Shown piece by piece: positions 1 through 8,049 of a DNA stretch of 64,000 bases. The stretch lies in assembly GCA_964549105.1 (NCBI GenBank), contig CAZJTZ010000014.1, forward strand, positions 13,681 to 77,680, written 5' to 3'. The position numbers were made by a program, and so were the translations under genes. The first letter of the stretch is position 1. Each line of letters starts with the position of its first letter. The notes beneath the pieces are model-generated. The model did no database searches. It was not told the origin of the DNA and was given only the letters and a program-made list of their open reading frames with translations. Origin of the DNA: an uncultured Nitrospirales bacterium. Lineage in GTDB: Bacteria > Hydrogenedentota > Hydrogenedentia > Hydrogenedentales > Hydrogenedentaceae.

Positions 1-654
1 TATAATCACTGGCAAATCTATTAACTTGAAATTTGCACGAATTTCCTTAATTGTTTGTGTAAAAACATAACCAGTATGAGCCTTTACATTTCCATGATAA
101 CACAAAGGGTCTTCATCTGCTTTTTTCACTACTTCTGTATCTTTTGACAATCCTGTGTTATCCACTTTTGACACTGGCAGCCATGGCAAAATTGTTGCCA
201 ATATTCCTGATAATTTTAAGAGGAATTCTGGAACATCACTATTTATCCCAAGGAAAGGACTAGAAAATATTAGACCTTTAGCATTGTAATCTGTTCTTGT
301 CTCAACAAAACGGGCAAGCACCATACCTCCCATACTATGCCCCATCAAAAAAGTAGGGACATCTTTAATCTCTCCCTTTATCGTATCCAAAAAAATATCT
401 AAATCATCAAGAAGTTCACCAAAACGGTTTATCCATGCTCTCTTTCCAGGAGATTTTCCAAATCCTCGCTGGTCATAAGAAAAGACTGTTATCCCTTGCT
501 TATTTATCTGTTCTGACATATAATCATATCGGGCACAATGTTCCCCGTAGCCATGGATTAAAACAATATTTGCAACCTTCTTGTCTTCCTCAGAAACCCA
601 TGTTCTACGGTAAAACTTTTCATGCTGTATGTTAAACCATTCTTCTTTAATCAT
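1..654 (-). CDS. alpha/beta hydrolase, lysophospholipase/monoacylglycerol-lipase-like (partial; C-terminus lies beyond the window edge)
   Basis: Not in the ORF track because it runs off the edge. Manual minus-strand translation from ATG 654-652: MIKEEWFNIQHEKFYRRTWVSEEDKKVANIVLIHGYGEHCARYDYMSEQINKQGITVFSYDQRGFGKSPG...VPTFLMGHSMGGMVLARFVE. Has the HG oxyanion motif and the GHSMG nucleophile elbow. Open for 218 codons down to nt 1. Confidence 0.8.
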   Translation of the reverse strand, partial: MIKEEWFNIQHEKFYRRTWVSEEDKKVANIVLIHGYGEHCARYDYMSEQINKQGITVFSYDQRGFGKSPGKRAWINRFGELLDDLDIFLDTIKGEIKDVPTFLMGHSMGGMVLARFVETRTDYNAKGLIFSSPFLGINSDVPEFLLKLSGILATILPWLPVSKVDNTGLSKDTEVVKKADEDPLCYHGNVKAHTGYVFTQTIKEIRANFKLIDLPVII

Positions 655-662
655 ATAACTTT

Positions 663-2216
663 TCATTCAAATTTAATGTTCATTGGTTCTGGCAAAAATA
701 TATGTTCATTCATTGTTCTAATTTTATCAGGAATGACAGGTCTAAATTCCATCTGATTTAATATATTTTTTTCTAAATCAATTCCAGGTGCAATCTCGGT
801 AATCATTAGTCCTTCGGGAACAAGTTTAAATACACACCGTTCTGTTATAAGGGTAACATCTTGCTGATTTTCTAATGCGAACTTACCGCTGTAAGTAATT
901 TGCTCAACTTTTTTAATAAATTTTTTTACCTTTCCTTCGTTAATAATATTTAATTTTCCATCCTTAACCTCTGTCTTGCTACCCACTGCGGTAAATTCAC
1001 CACAAAACACCAATTTTTTAGCAGACTGAGTGAGGTTAATAAAACCGCCTGCACCAATCGCAACCTGACCTAATTTGCTAACATTTACATTTCCATTTTC
1101 ATCAACTTGTGCCATCCCTATACATGTCAAATCAAGTCCTCCACCATCATAAAAATCGAACATACTCGATTGAGAAAGAAAAGCCACAGGATTTTTTGCG
1201 GGACCAAAGTTTTTCCCTCGTTCAGGAACACCTCCAATCACACCTAATTCTGTGGTCATTGTAACTTTGTCAAAAACACCTTCCTCAAACGCGATATTTG
1301 CAACATCCATAGGAATCCCAAATCCTAAATTTGCTATCATCCGAGGCTTAAGTTCTAAAAATGCTCGTCGTGCAATAACCTTTTCAAAATCTAACGGCAT
1401 AACTTCAAGTTCCTCTTTAAGGTCTGCTAAAACTTCACCACTAATAGATGGGTTATATTGCACGAACAGGGTTTGCGGATGCTTTTCAGGGGTTTGAGCA
1501 ACAACAATATAATCAACAAAAATTCCCGGTACGCGGACATACGAGGGCTTAGCAGGTGTATCACTAAGTCTCTCTACCTGAGCGATAACAAAACCACCAT
1601 TTGTCTTCACTGCCATAGCCCCTTCTAAAATTTCCATCAATGCTCCTTCCCTTTCAATCGTAATGTTTCCGTGTGGGTCTGCCGTTGTCCCACGGATAAT
1701 ACCTATATCGCAGGGAAGTGGATGATAAAGTATATAGTCCTTACCTCCGACCTGAACAATTTCCGAAATATCTTCACATGCCATAGTCCTTTCATTCATT
1801 TTTCCTCCGCCATACCTCGGGTCAACAAAAGTGCCTAAACCAATACGCGTTAATAACCCAGGTCTTTTAGCAGCCATATCTCGATATAATTGACATAGCG
1901 TTCCCTGTGGAATGTTATATGCCTCAACTTGATTACTACCCACAAGCCTTGCCACTTTATGATTTAAGCCAAAATGTCCTGCATAAATCCTTTTTACCAT
2001 ACCTGGCACGGCAAAATGATTCATCCCCCTGGGGTCATCATTTAAAGGTCCCAAGCCAGCAGCCCAGATTAGGGATAAATCTTTCGGATGCCCATTCTCA
2101 TAATAGCCACGCTCAATTGCTGAATAAATTTCTTCTGACGGCATCGGAACCACCAGAATTTTGGCTTCATCAGGTATAAGTTTTACTACTTCTTCTACTG
2201 TTACTACCCTTGCCAT
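663..2216 (-). CDS. acyl-CoA:acetate/3-ketoacid CoA-transferase (fused alpha/beta, YdiF-like family I CoA-transferase)
   Basis: 517-aa ORF. Family-typical stretches: GMVKRIYAGHFG, MTTELGVIGGVP (catalytic Glu region), GAGGFINLTQSAKK. The stop lies 9 nt before the hydrolase ATG at 654, so the two are probably co-transcribed. Confidence 0.8.
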   Translation of the reverse strand: MARVVTVEEVVKLIPDEAKILVVPMPSEEIYSAIERGYYENGHPKDLSLIWAAGLGPLNDDPRGMNHFAVPGMVKRIYAGHFGLNHKVARLVGSNQVEAYNIPQGTLCQLYRDMAAKRPGLLTRIGLGTFVDPRYGGGKMNERTMACEDISEIVQVGGKDYILYHPLPCDIGIIRGTTADPHGNITIEREGALMEILEGAMAVKTNGGFVIAQVERLSDTPAKPSYVRVPGIFVDYIVVAQTPEKHPQTLFVQYNPSISGEVLADLKEELEVMPLDFEKVIARRAFLELKPRMIANLGFGIPMDVANIAFEEGVFDKVTMTTELGVIGGVPERGKNFGPAKNPVAFLSQSSMFDFYDGGGLDLTCIGMAQVDENGNVNVSKLGQVAIGAGGFINLTQSAKKLVFCGEFTAVGSKTEVKDGKLNIINEGKVKKFIKKVEQITYSGKFALENQQDVTLITERCVFKLVPEGLMITEIAPGIDLEKNILNQMEFRPVIPDKIRTMNEHIFLPEPMNIKFE

Positions 2217-2511
2217 AATTTGCCTCCTTACAAAAGTTTTTCTATCTTTATATATTATAGTAGGAATATATCAATATTTACCTTTATTTGTAAAATTAAA
2301 AACATAAAAAAAATAAATTATAGGAAAATATAGCAATAAAGTCATTAAAAATTGACTTAAAATTATCAAATAGTATATTTGTGAAAAGCAATCCAGAATA
2401 TATGGTAAATATTTTATAGATAATTATCTTTTTAAAATTATAGAAAATTCACTTATCCCAAAAAAAGTAAAATGTTGCAAAAGAATTGGACTCATACAAA
2501 CTTTTGAAAAG

Positions 2512-2555
2512 AGAACTTAATTTGTATTAAAATGGGTTAAGTTCTTTTTTGTTTT
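2512..2555 (+). promoter_or_regulatory. terminator-like stem-loop plus T-tract in the ilvE 5' leader (candidate attenuator)
   Basis: Perfect 9-bp inverted repeat AGAACTTAA (2512-2520) / TTAAGTTCT (2537-2545) with a 16-nt loop, followed by TTTTTTGTTTT. It lies about 25 nt upstream of the GAGGAG RBS and ATG 2578. The upstream gene is divergent, so the hairpin does not terminate an upstream CDS. Confidence 0.4.
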
Positions 2556-2577
2556 CAATCAATGAGGAGTTTTAGAC

Positions 2578-3516
2578 ATGTCACAAAAAATGTTTCCTGG
2601 TAAACTTGCATATTTTGAAGGGAAATATGTCCCAATTGAAAATGCAAAAATTAGCATAATGACACATGGTTTTAACTATGGCACAGGCTTATTTGAAGGC
2701 ATACGCGGTTATTATTCTGAAAAGGATAATTCAATCCTTATCTTTCGATTAAAAGAGCATATTGACCGATTGGTTCGGAATTGCCGAATCTTATATATGG
2801 AGGTATCCGAAACTTCTGAAGAAATGGAAAATATATGTATGGAACTTGTTAAAAAGAGTGGCTTTCGGGAGGGAGTATATATAAGACCTATTGTGTATAA
2901 AAGTGAATTATCTCTAGGACCAATATTTAAAGGATTGGAAAGCAAGTTGTGTTGTTATGTAATAAAATTGGCAGATTACTGCGATACGGTTTCAGGTTTA
3001 GATGTTTGTGTATCATCATGGAGACGACTCTCGGATAATGCTATACCCAGCCGTGTTAAATCTACAGGAAGTTATGCAAATCCAGCATTAGCGGCTTCAG
3101 AAGCCCAACAAGGGGGCTATAATGAAGCAATTTTCCTTAATGAGCAAGGAATGGTAGTCGAAGGTAGCGCTATGAATATCTTTTTGGTTCACCAGGGCGA
3201 ACTGATTACGCCACCTCGTTCTGCTAATATACTTGTTGGAATTACACGCAATACTGTTATTGAATTAATAAAGAATGAACTTAATTTAGAAGTGGTTGAG
3301 CGACCTATTGCAAGAACGGAACTTTATATAGCAGATGAAATCTTTTTCTGTGGCACAGGCGCCCAAATTGCACCTGTTCGCTCAGTAGACGGACGAGTTG
3401 TTGGAACTGGAAAACCTGGACCCATTACCCAAAAACTTCAAGAAATATATTTCGATATTGTTCAGGGTAAGAATAAGAAATATAGACACTGGTGCACAGT
3501 CGTTCCTTGTGAATAA
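2578..3516 (+). CDS. ilvE: branched-chain amino acid aminotransferase (fold-type IV PLP enzyme)
   Basis: 312 aa. Family-typical stretches: FEGIRGYY, YIRPIVY, SSWRR, KSTGSYANPALAASEA, EGSAMNIFLV, GITRNTVIEL, FFCGTGAQIAPV. GAGGAG RBS 8 nt upstream of the ATG. Confidence 0.9.
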   Translation: MSQKMFPGKLAYFEGKYVPIENAKISIMTHGFNYGTGLFEGIRGYYSEKDNSILIFRLKEHIDRLVRNCRILYMEVSETSEEMENICMELVKKSGFREGVYIRPIVYKSELSLGPIFKGLESKLCCYVIKLADYCDTVSGLDVCVSSWRRLSDNAIPSRVKSTGSYANPALAASEAQQGGYNEAIFLNEQGMVVEGSAMNIFLVHQGELITPPRSANILVGITRNTVIELIKNELNLEVVERPIARTELYIADEIFFCGTGAQIAPVRSVDGRVVGTGKPGPITQKLQEIYFDIVQGKNKKYRHWCTVVPCE

Positions 3517-3802
3517 AAATCGTATAGTAAAAATAACTTTGAAAATATTATCTATCCCCTGGTTCTGGCTAAATTATGTTTTGCTCCTAATTATTATTCT
3601 ACCTTTCCCATTGTTAGAAATTACTGTAAATGGGCAAAAAGTGCGTTCCGTCCCACTATGGGAATGTTATACTAGTGCAATCAAAGGAAAATTTACACCA
3701 CAATTATTTATTGTTTTTGCAATTCATTTATTATTAACTTTTATAATCTGTTTTGCAATCTGGGCTTTCATTTATAGAACCGAAACAAAAGATAGGCCAT
3801 AA
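3509..3802 (+). CDS. hypothetical small membrane protein (about 97 aa, two predicted helices)
   Basis: Same frame as track ORF 3398..3802, but a GTG at 3509 overlaps the ilvE stop (GTGAATAA). Two hydrophobic segments: WFWLNYVLLLIIILPFPLL and LFIVFAIHLLLTFIICFAIWAFIY. Ends 6 nt before the next ATG. No recognisable family. Confidence 0.35.
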   Translation: MNKNRIVKITLKILSIPWFWLNYVLLLIIILPFPLLEITVNGQKVRSVPLWECYTSAIKGKFTPQLFIVFAIHLLLTFIICFAIWAFIYRTETKDRP

Positions 3803-3808
3803 TTAATA

Positions 3809-4462
3809 ATGTCCAAATCATGTCAGAAAGAGGAACTAAAAAAGGTAATTTGTGAAATCGGTAGAAAGATGTATCAAAATCAATATATCTCTTCTACAGA
3901 TGGAAATATTAGCGTGCGAATTGATGAAAATCTATTTTTATGTACCCCCAGTAATACATGTAAAGGATATTTATCACCAGAGCAGATATTGGTAACAAAT
4001 AATAATTGTGAAGTATTAGAAGGGATAGGTTTGGTTTCCTCTGAGTTCTTTACACATCTTTCTGCTTATGAAGAGCGAGCAGATATTGGGGCTGTTGTTC
4101 ATGCACATCCTGTATATAGCATAGTATTGTCTTTAACTGACCTATCCTTATGCGACCCAATACTTCCGGAACTTGTCATGACATTAGGAGAAGTCCCTAC
4201 TACCGAATATGCCACTCCGGGCAGCAAAGAGGGTGCAGGAATTATTAAGCCGTGGATAAAACAACATAATGCACTTATCCTTAAATCGCATGGAGTCCTT
4301 ACTGTTGGGAAGGATTTACATCAGGCATATTCCTATCTCGAACGAGTTGAACATTCATCAAAAATCCTTTATTATGCCCATCTACTTGGAAAACCTGCTA
4401 CCCTTTCACAAGAGCAATACTTAAAACTAATAGCCAAGGCAGACCTGCCTGAGAGTAAATAA
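3809..4462 (+). CDS. class II aldolase/adducin-family protein (fuculose-phosphate aldolase / MtnB-like)
   Basis: 217 aa. Family-typical stretches: TDGNISVR, AVVHAHPVYS (metal-binding His pair) and LKSHGVLTVG. Confidence 0.8.
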   Translation: MSKSCQKEELKKVICEIGRKMYQNQYISSTDGNISVRIDENLFLCTPSNTCKGYLSPEQILVTNNNCEVLEGIGLVSSEFFTHLSAYEERADIGAVVHAHPVYSIVLSLTDLSLCDPILPELVMTLGEVPTTEYATPGSKEGAGIIKPWIKQHNALILKSHGVLTVGKDLHQAYSYLERVEHSSKILYYAHLLGKPATLSQEQYLKLIAKADLPESK

Positions 4463-4465
4463 CCT

Positions 4466-5386
4466 TCACTCCTCTTTATACTTTTCATGAATAACCATGG
4501 GTCCATACCGCCAGAACCACCACGCATGTTCAAAAGTAGCCGTCATCCGTTTATAAGTCAGTACCTTTGCAGGTGCAAACACCTTACTCCACATCTCCTT
4601 TTGCTCTCCACCTTTACAACCAGATAAATAAACAAACTTCATCTTTTTGTTTACCTCTATTTCTTGAATATCCTCAGGTCTTATAAATCCTTCCCTGGAT
4701 AATATTCCTTCCTCTGTCCCATGTGACGCTATAAAAACAATTTCAGCATTTCTTAACGATTCAAATAAACTCTCTTTACTGACAACCCTTAATGCGACAT
4801 TGCCTTTACCATATACTTCAGAACCAGACTTAATGATTGGGAAAAAGCCAATATTGAAAATCCATTGCGGTAAATAATCAAGATTATCATAAAGAACATA
4901 CACTTTTGGTTCTCTTGCTTGTGGATACATCAACAGACACGAATAAATATTTATAACAAATAAAAACAGAACAAAAAGCACGAAAACAGTATCTGCAAAT
5001 TCTGATACGGAAAAAAGTGTTTTATGCCTTAGCCAAAAAGAGACAAAAGGTAAAGGCTTTGCCGATTTCATAAGGGCACATCCCAAACCAAACACTAGAA
5101 ATACAAACCAACATAAGAGTAACTTTCTCGAAATACTTAAGAACCACGATTCCACTTCCCAATTTTGATAAAAGTCAGGGAATCGCACCACAATAAGTGT
5201 CAACAAAAGTATACATCCACTCAGAAACAGCAAAAGTAGAATTAGCCAGAACCAAAGGACCAATGACTGTTTAATATGAAACTTTATAAAATCTTCCTTT
5301 ATCCTTTTCTGAAAAAGACATAAAAAGGGTGCTAATCCAAAATAAGAAACAGTTAAAATAAAAAGTCTATACGGCTGAGATAACAT
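4466..5386 (-). CDS. polytopic membrane protein with C-terminal caspase/CHAT-like His...Cys module (hypothetical)
   Basis: 306 aa. The N-terminal ~150 aa has 4-5 hydrophobic helices. The C-terminal domain contains VFIASHG (His222) and FVYLSGCKGG (Cys257), resembling the clan CD peptidase dyad context. Confidence 0.6.
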   Translation of the reverse strand: MLSQPYRLFILTVSYFGLAPFLCLFQKRIKEDFIKFHIKQSLVLWFWLILLLLFLSGCILLLTLIVVRFPDFYQNWEVESWFLSISRKLLLCWFVFLVFGLGCALMKSAKPLPFVSFWLRHKTLFSVSEFADTVFVLFVLFLFVINIYSCLLMYPQAREPKVYVLYDNLDYLPQWIFNIGFFPIIKSGSEVYGKGNVALRVVSKESLFESLRNAEIVFIASHGTEEGILSREGFIRPEDIQEIEVNKKMKFVYLSGCKGGEQKEMWSKVFAPAKVLTYKRMTATFEHAWWFWRYGPMVIHEKYKEE

Positions 5387-5778
5387 AACTATTTATTTCT
5401 AATCACTCCTGTCCAATAAAATATTTGTGAATTTTTTTTGACATTGAAATAAGCAACAAAAAATTTTCTTTAATGTAGAGGTAAATATCTATTTACATTT
5501 TTTATTCCTTTTGGAATGGACTATATTAAAGGCTTACATCGGCTATCTATAATATCATCATTGTATAGAATATATGTTCAACATAATTGTATTTTGTAGG
5601 AGCAGTGATACATCCCTACATTGTAAAAGATTATGTATGCTGTCTATTACAAAAAACGAATAAACTTCATTCAAACTTTTAGCGAGTAGCAGTAACTCCT
5701 GATGTTTATTTGAACTTAATCGTTATACTGAAATCAATTTTTGACTAATAATACCATATTTAGAAACTGTCTTACTCT

Positions 5779-5808
5779 TTGATTTGTTCGATATATTTTT
5801 GTTAGAAT
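5779..5808 (+). promoter_or_regulatory. putative sigma70-type promoter with extended -10 upstream of rpsT
   Basis: TTGATT (5779-5784), an 18-nt spacer ending in TGt, then TAGAAT (5803-5808), giving a TGnTAnAAT extended -10. About 50 nt upstream of rpsT ATG 5862. Pattern match only, in AT-rich DNA. Confidence 0.3.
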
Positions 5809-5861
5809 ACTTTATTAAAAATAATATAAACCTATATAAACAAGGAGTTTTGTTTTTACCG

Positions 5862-6125
5862 ATGGCAAATATTAAATCCCAGAAAAAACGCATTAAAACA
5901 AATGAACAAAAGAGATTAAGAAATTCTTCTATCCATTCGCGTATGAAATCTATGACCCAAAAAGCACTTCAAGGATTAAATACAAATGGAGAGCAGCGAG
6001 AATCTACAGTCAAACAAGCCATTTCTTCTATTGACCGAGCATGCTCCAAAGGGGTCATTCATCCAAATACAGCAGCTCGTAGAAAATCTCGTTTAATGAA
6101 ACATGTAAACAAAGTCATCGGATAA
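5862..6125 (+). CDS. rpsT: 30S ribosomal protein S20
   Basis: Track ORF 5784..6125 trimmed to the internal ATG at 5862: MANIKSQKKRIKTNEQKRLRN... is the canonical S20 N-terminus. AAGGAG RBS at 5842-5847. Confidence 0.92.
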   Translation: MANIKSQKKRIKTNEQKRLRNSSIHSRMKSMTQKALQGLNTNGEQRESTVKQAISSIDRACSKGVIHPNTAARRKSRLMKHVNKVIG

Positions 6126-6143
6126 GAATATTTTTCTCGCTAA

Positions 6144-8045
6144 TTAAAATGGCGTTCGGCGTAATACTTTAATCAATTCAACCGTACGACCCTCTATGTC
6201 TGTATAACGCAAAACACCTCGTTTGTCAATTAAAACAAATTGAGGTATTGAGTCTATATAATAATCTGAGAAGGTATGGGCTTCTTGCGTATCAATTCCA
6301 ACAGGAAAGGTTATTTGATATTCTTTAATATAATTTTCCACCTCGTCTTCATTAGACGCCCCATCATGAATTGAAAGGAAGTCCACATCCGAAATCCCTT
6401 TATATAAGTCAAACAAAGCCCTCATTTCTTCAACATACATCCTTCCTTTAAGGGTAGTATCAAACCCACCCCAAAATAAAATCAATATAACTTTACCCTC
6501 CATCTCTTGCAAAGAATTTTTACCCCCTTTATAATTAAACCAGGAACGGCACTGAATTTTAGGAGCTGTCTTGTCTATAAGAGATGCTAATTTATTATTT
6601 GCATCTTTATTTACAAACTTTTCCTGATTCGGTTCATAAGAATTTAATACAATATTCAAAGGTTCACCATTTTTATATATATCTACCGAAAATTCATTTT
6701 TTAGGAATCGCAAGGCGTGTTCAGCGACAAATTTCACAGGATTAACATCAGGAACCATATCGAACAATATTTGGAACTTCCCTTCATTATTTGTAAGTGT
6801 ATAAAACGGAAAGGGAAGATTTTTGGTGCAAATAAAAACTTTATCCCCTTCTTTTCCATCTGAAAACATAACTTTGCCATAGATTTCAGGTAATTTTTTT
6901 ACTCGTATAGGTGGTACTAAAACCTTCTTTTCATTTTGAAAATCAATAGGTATTTCAGGAAGATTTTCTGTTATAAATCCTGGTGGTGGGATTATCTTTA
7001 TTTTTACCTTTTTTGAACTTGACTTTAATAGATATTTTCCCTCCTCATTTGTAAACACAGAATCTTCAACTCCACTTTCTTCCTTAATTGCCACCTTTGC
7101 AAGTTCACAGGGTCCTCCATCTATTAATTGAATAACCCCCTGGATGTAAAGAGGATTTTCAAAGGCGAAATCCAGTACTATTTCCTCTTGTTCCTCTGCC
7201 GAAATAGACACTTCTTTAGGAAGTGTATTCGGAAAATCGGGATGTGTAGCAAAAATCCGATATTCCCCTTTATCCAGCCGAAGTCTATATAAACCTTCTG
7301 CATCTGTCTTTGCAGGTAAAATTAATCTCTCTCGATTTGCACCCTTTTGTAATGCGACTATAAAGGCATCTTTAACCCCTTTTTCTTCCTTCATGACTCT
7401 TCCTCTAACTAAAGTTCCTTTATTCAAAATAATATCCATACTCTTTTTTTCATTCACAGGGATAAAAGGCATATAGGTATCAGTAAATTCTACATGACTA
7501 ATTATGATTCTGATAAATCCTCCCTGAGGCATACCTGGTACAACAATCTCGCCATTATCATTACTACGAAGCCAGCCATAACCCAATTCTGCTATATCTT
7601 CCGATGGAATCCAGAATTTATCTCCTATCCATAAACGCCGGATGTATGCACCAGAGATAGGGGTCAAATTAGGACTTAGCACTCTTAACTTTTGTTGAAC
7701 ACCATCATAAAGATTTATAACAACCTGATTTTCATTTTGCATAAGAATAAAGGAGCAGCCTCCCAACTTTTTATTGTTATCCCTTGCAATTATAGTCACT
7801 TCTCCTGGTGGATAATTTGAGAATATAAATTGTCCATCTTTATTTACTTCTGTTTTTGTAACCCCTTGAATTGAATGCACGAGCCACACTAAGGCATTAG
7901 AACAGGGTTTACCATCAGACTGACATACAATCCCCTTAATCTCATAAGCGTATGAAGTACTACAAAAGAAATAGAGAAAAAAAATTACAAATAGGAATAA
8001 TATCCCTTTTGTAAATATTGGACGAAATTGAAAATTTCTGTTCAT
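6144..8045 (-). CDS. exported protein: carboxypeptidase-regulatory-like beta-sandwich repeats plus C-terminal TlpA-like thioredoxin fold lacking CxxC
   Basis: 633 aa with an N-terminal hydrophobic signal/anchor (GILFLFVIFFLYFFCSTSYA). Repeated '(I/V)xG.V....G.P...A.V' beta-sandwich starts: IKGIVCQSDGKPCSNALVWL, VRGRVMKE, IQGVIQLIDGGP, IYGKVMFSDGK. The C-terminus aligns by eye to TlpA/ResA (GKVILILFWGGFDTT...FPVGID...IPQFVLIDKRGVLRY), with GGFD where WCxxC is expected. Confidence 0.65.
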   Translation of the reverse strand: MNRNFQFRPIFTKGILFLFVIFFLYFFCSTSYAYEIKGIVCQSDGKPCSNALVWLVHSIQGVTKTEVNKDGQFIFSNYPPGEVTIIARDNNKKLGGCSFILMQNENQVVINLYDGVQQKLRVLSPNLTPISGAYIRRLWIGDKFWIPSEDIAELGYGWLRSNDNGEIVVPGMPQGGFIRIIISHVEFTDTYMPFIPVNEKKSMDIILNKGTLVRGRVMKEEKGVKDAFIVALQKGANRERLILPAKTDAEGLYRLRLDKGEYRIFATHPDFPNTLPKEVSISAEEQEEIVLDFAFENPLYIQGVIQLIDGGPCELAKVAIKEESGVEDSVFTNEEGKYLLKSSSKKVKIKIIPPPGFITENLPEIPIDFQNEKKVLVPPIRVKKLPEIYGKVMFSDGKEGDKVFICTKNLPFPFYTLTNNEGKFQILFDMVPDVNPVKFVAEHALRFLKNEFSVDIYKNGEPLNIVLNSYEPNQEKFVNKDANNKLASLIDKTAPKIQCRSWFNYKGGKNSLQEMEGKVILILFWGGFDTTLKGRMYVEEMRALFDLYKGISDVDFLSIHDGASNEDEVENYIKEYQITFPVGIDTQEAHTFSDYYIDSIPQFVLIDKRGVLRYTDIEGRTVELIKVLRRTPF

Positions 8046-8049
8046 ATTT

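Noticed and set aside
435-635. 66-aa plus-strand ORF from the track
   Set aside because: It lies entirely antisense to a well-supported alpha/beta hydrolase CDS (HGYGEH / GHSMGG motifs on the minus strand). It has no motif and no RBS, so I treat it as a shadow ORF.
2402-2419. Mini-ORF ATG GTA AAT ATT TTA TAG (MVNIL) upstream of ilvE, tempting as a Val/Ile/Leu leader peptide for attenuation
   Set aside because: It has only 5 codons and no RBS. It lies about 95 nt from the hairpin with no evident antiterminator pairing. Such mini-ORFs are expected by chance in AT-rich DNA.
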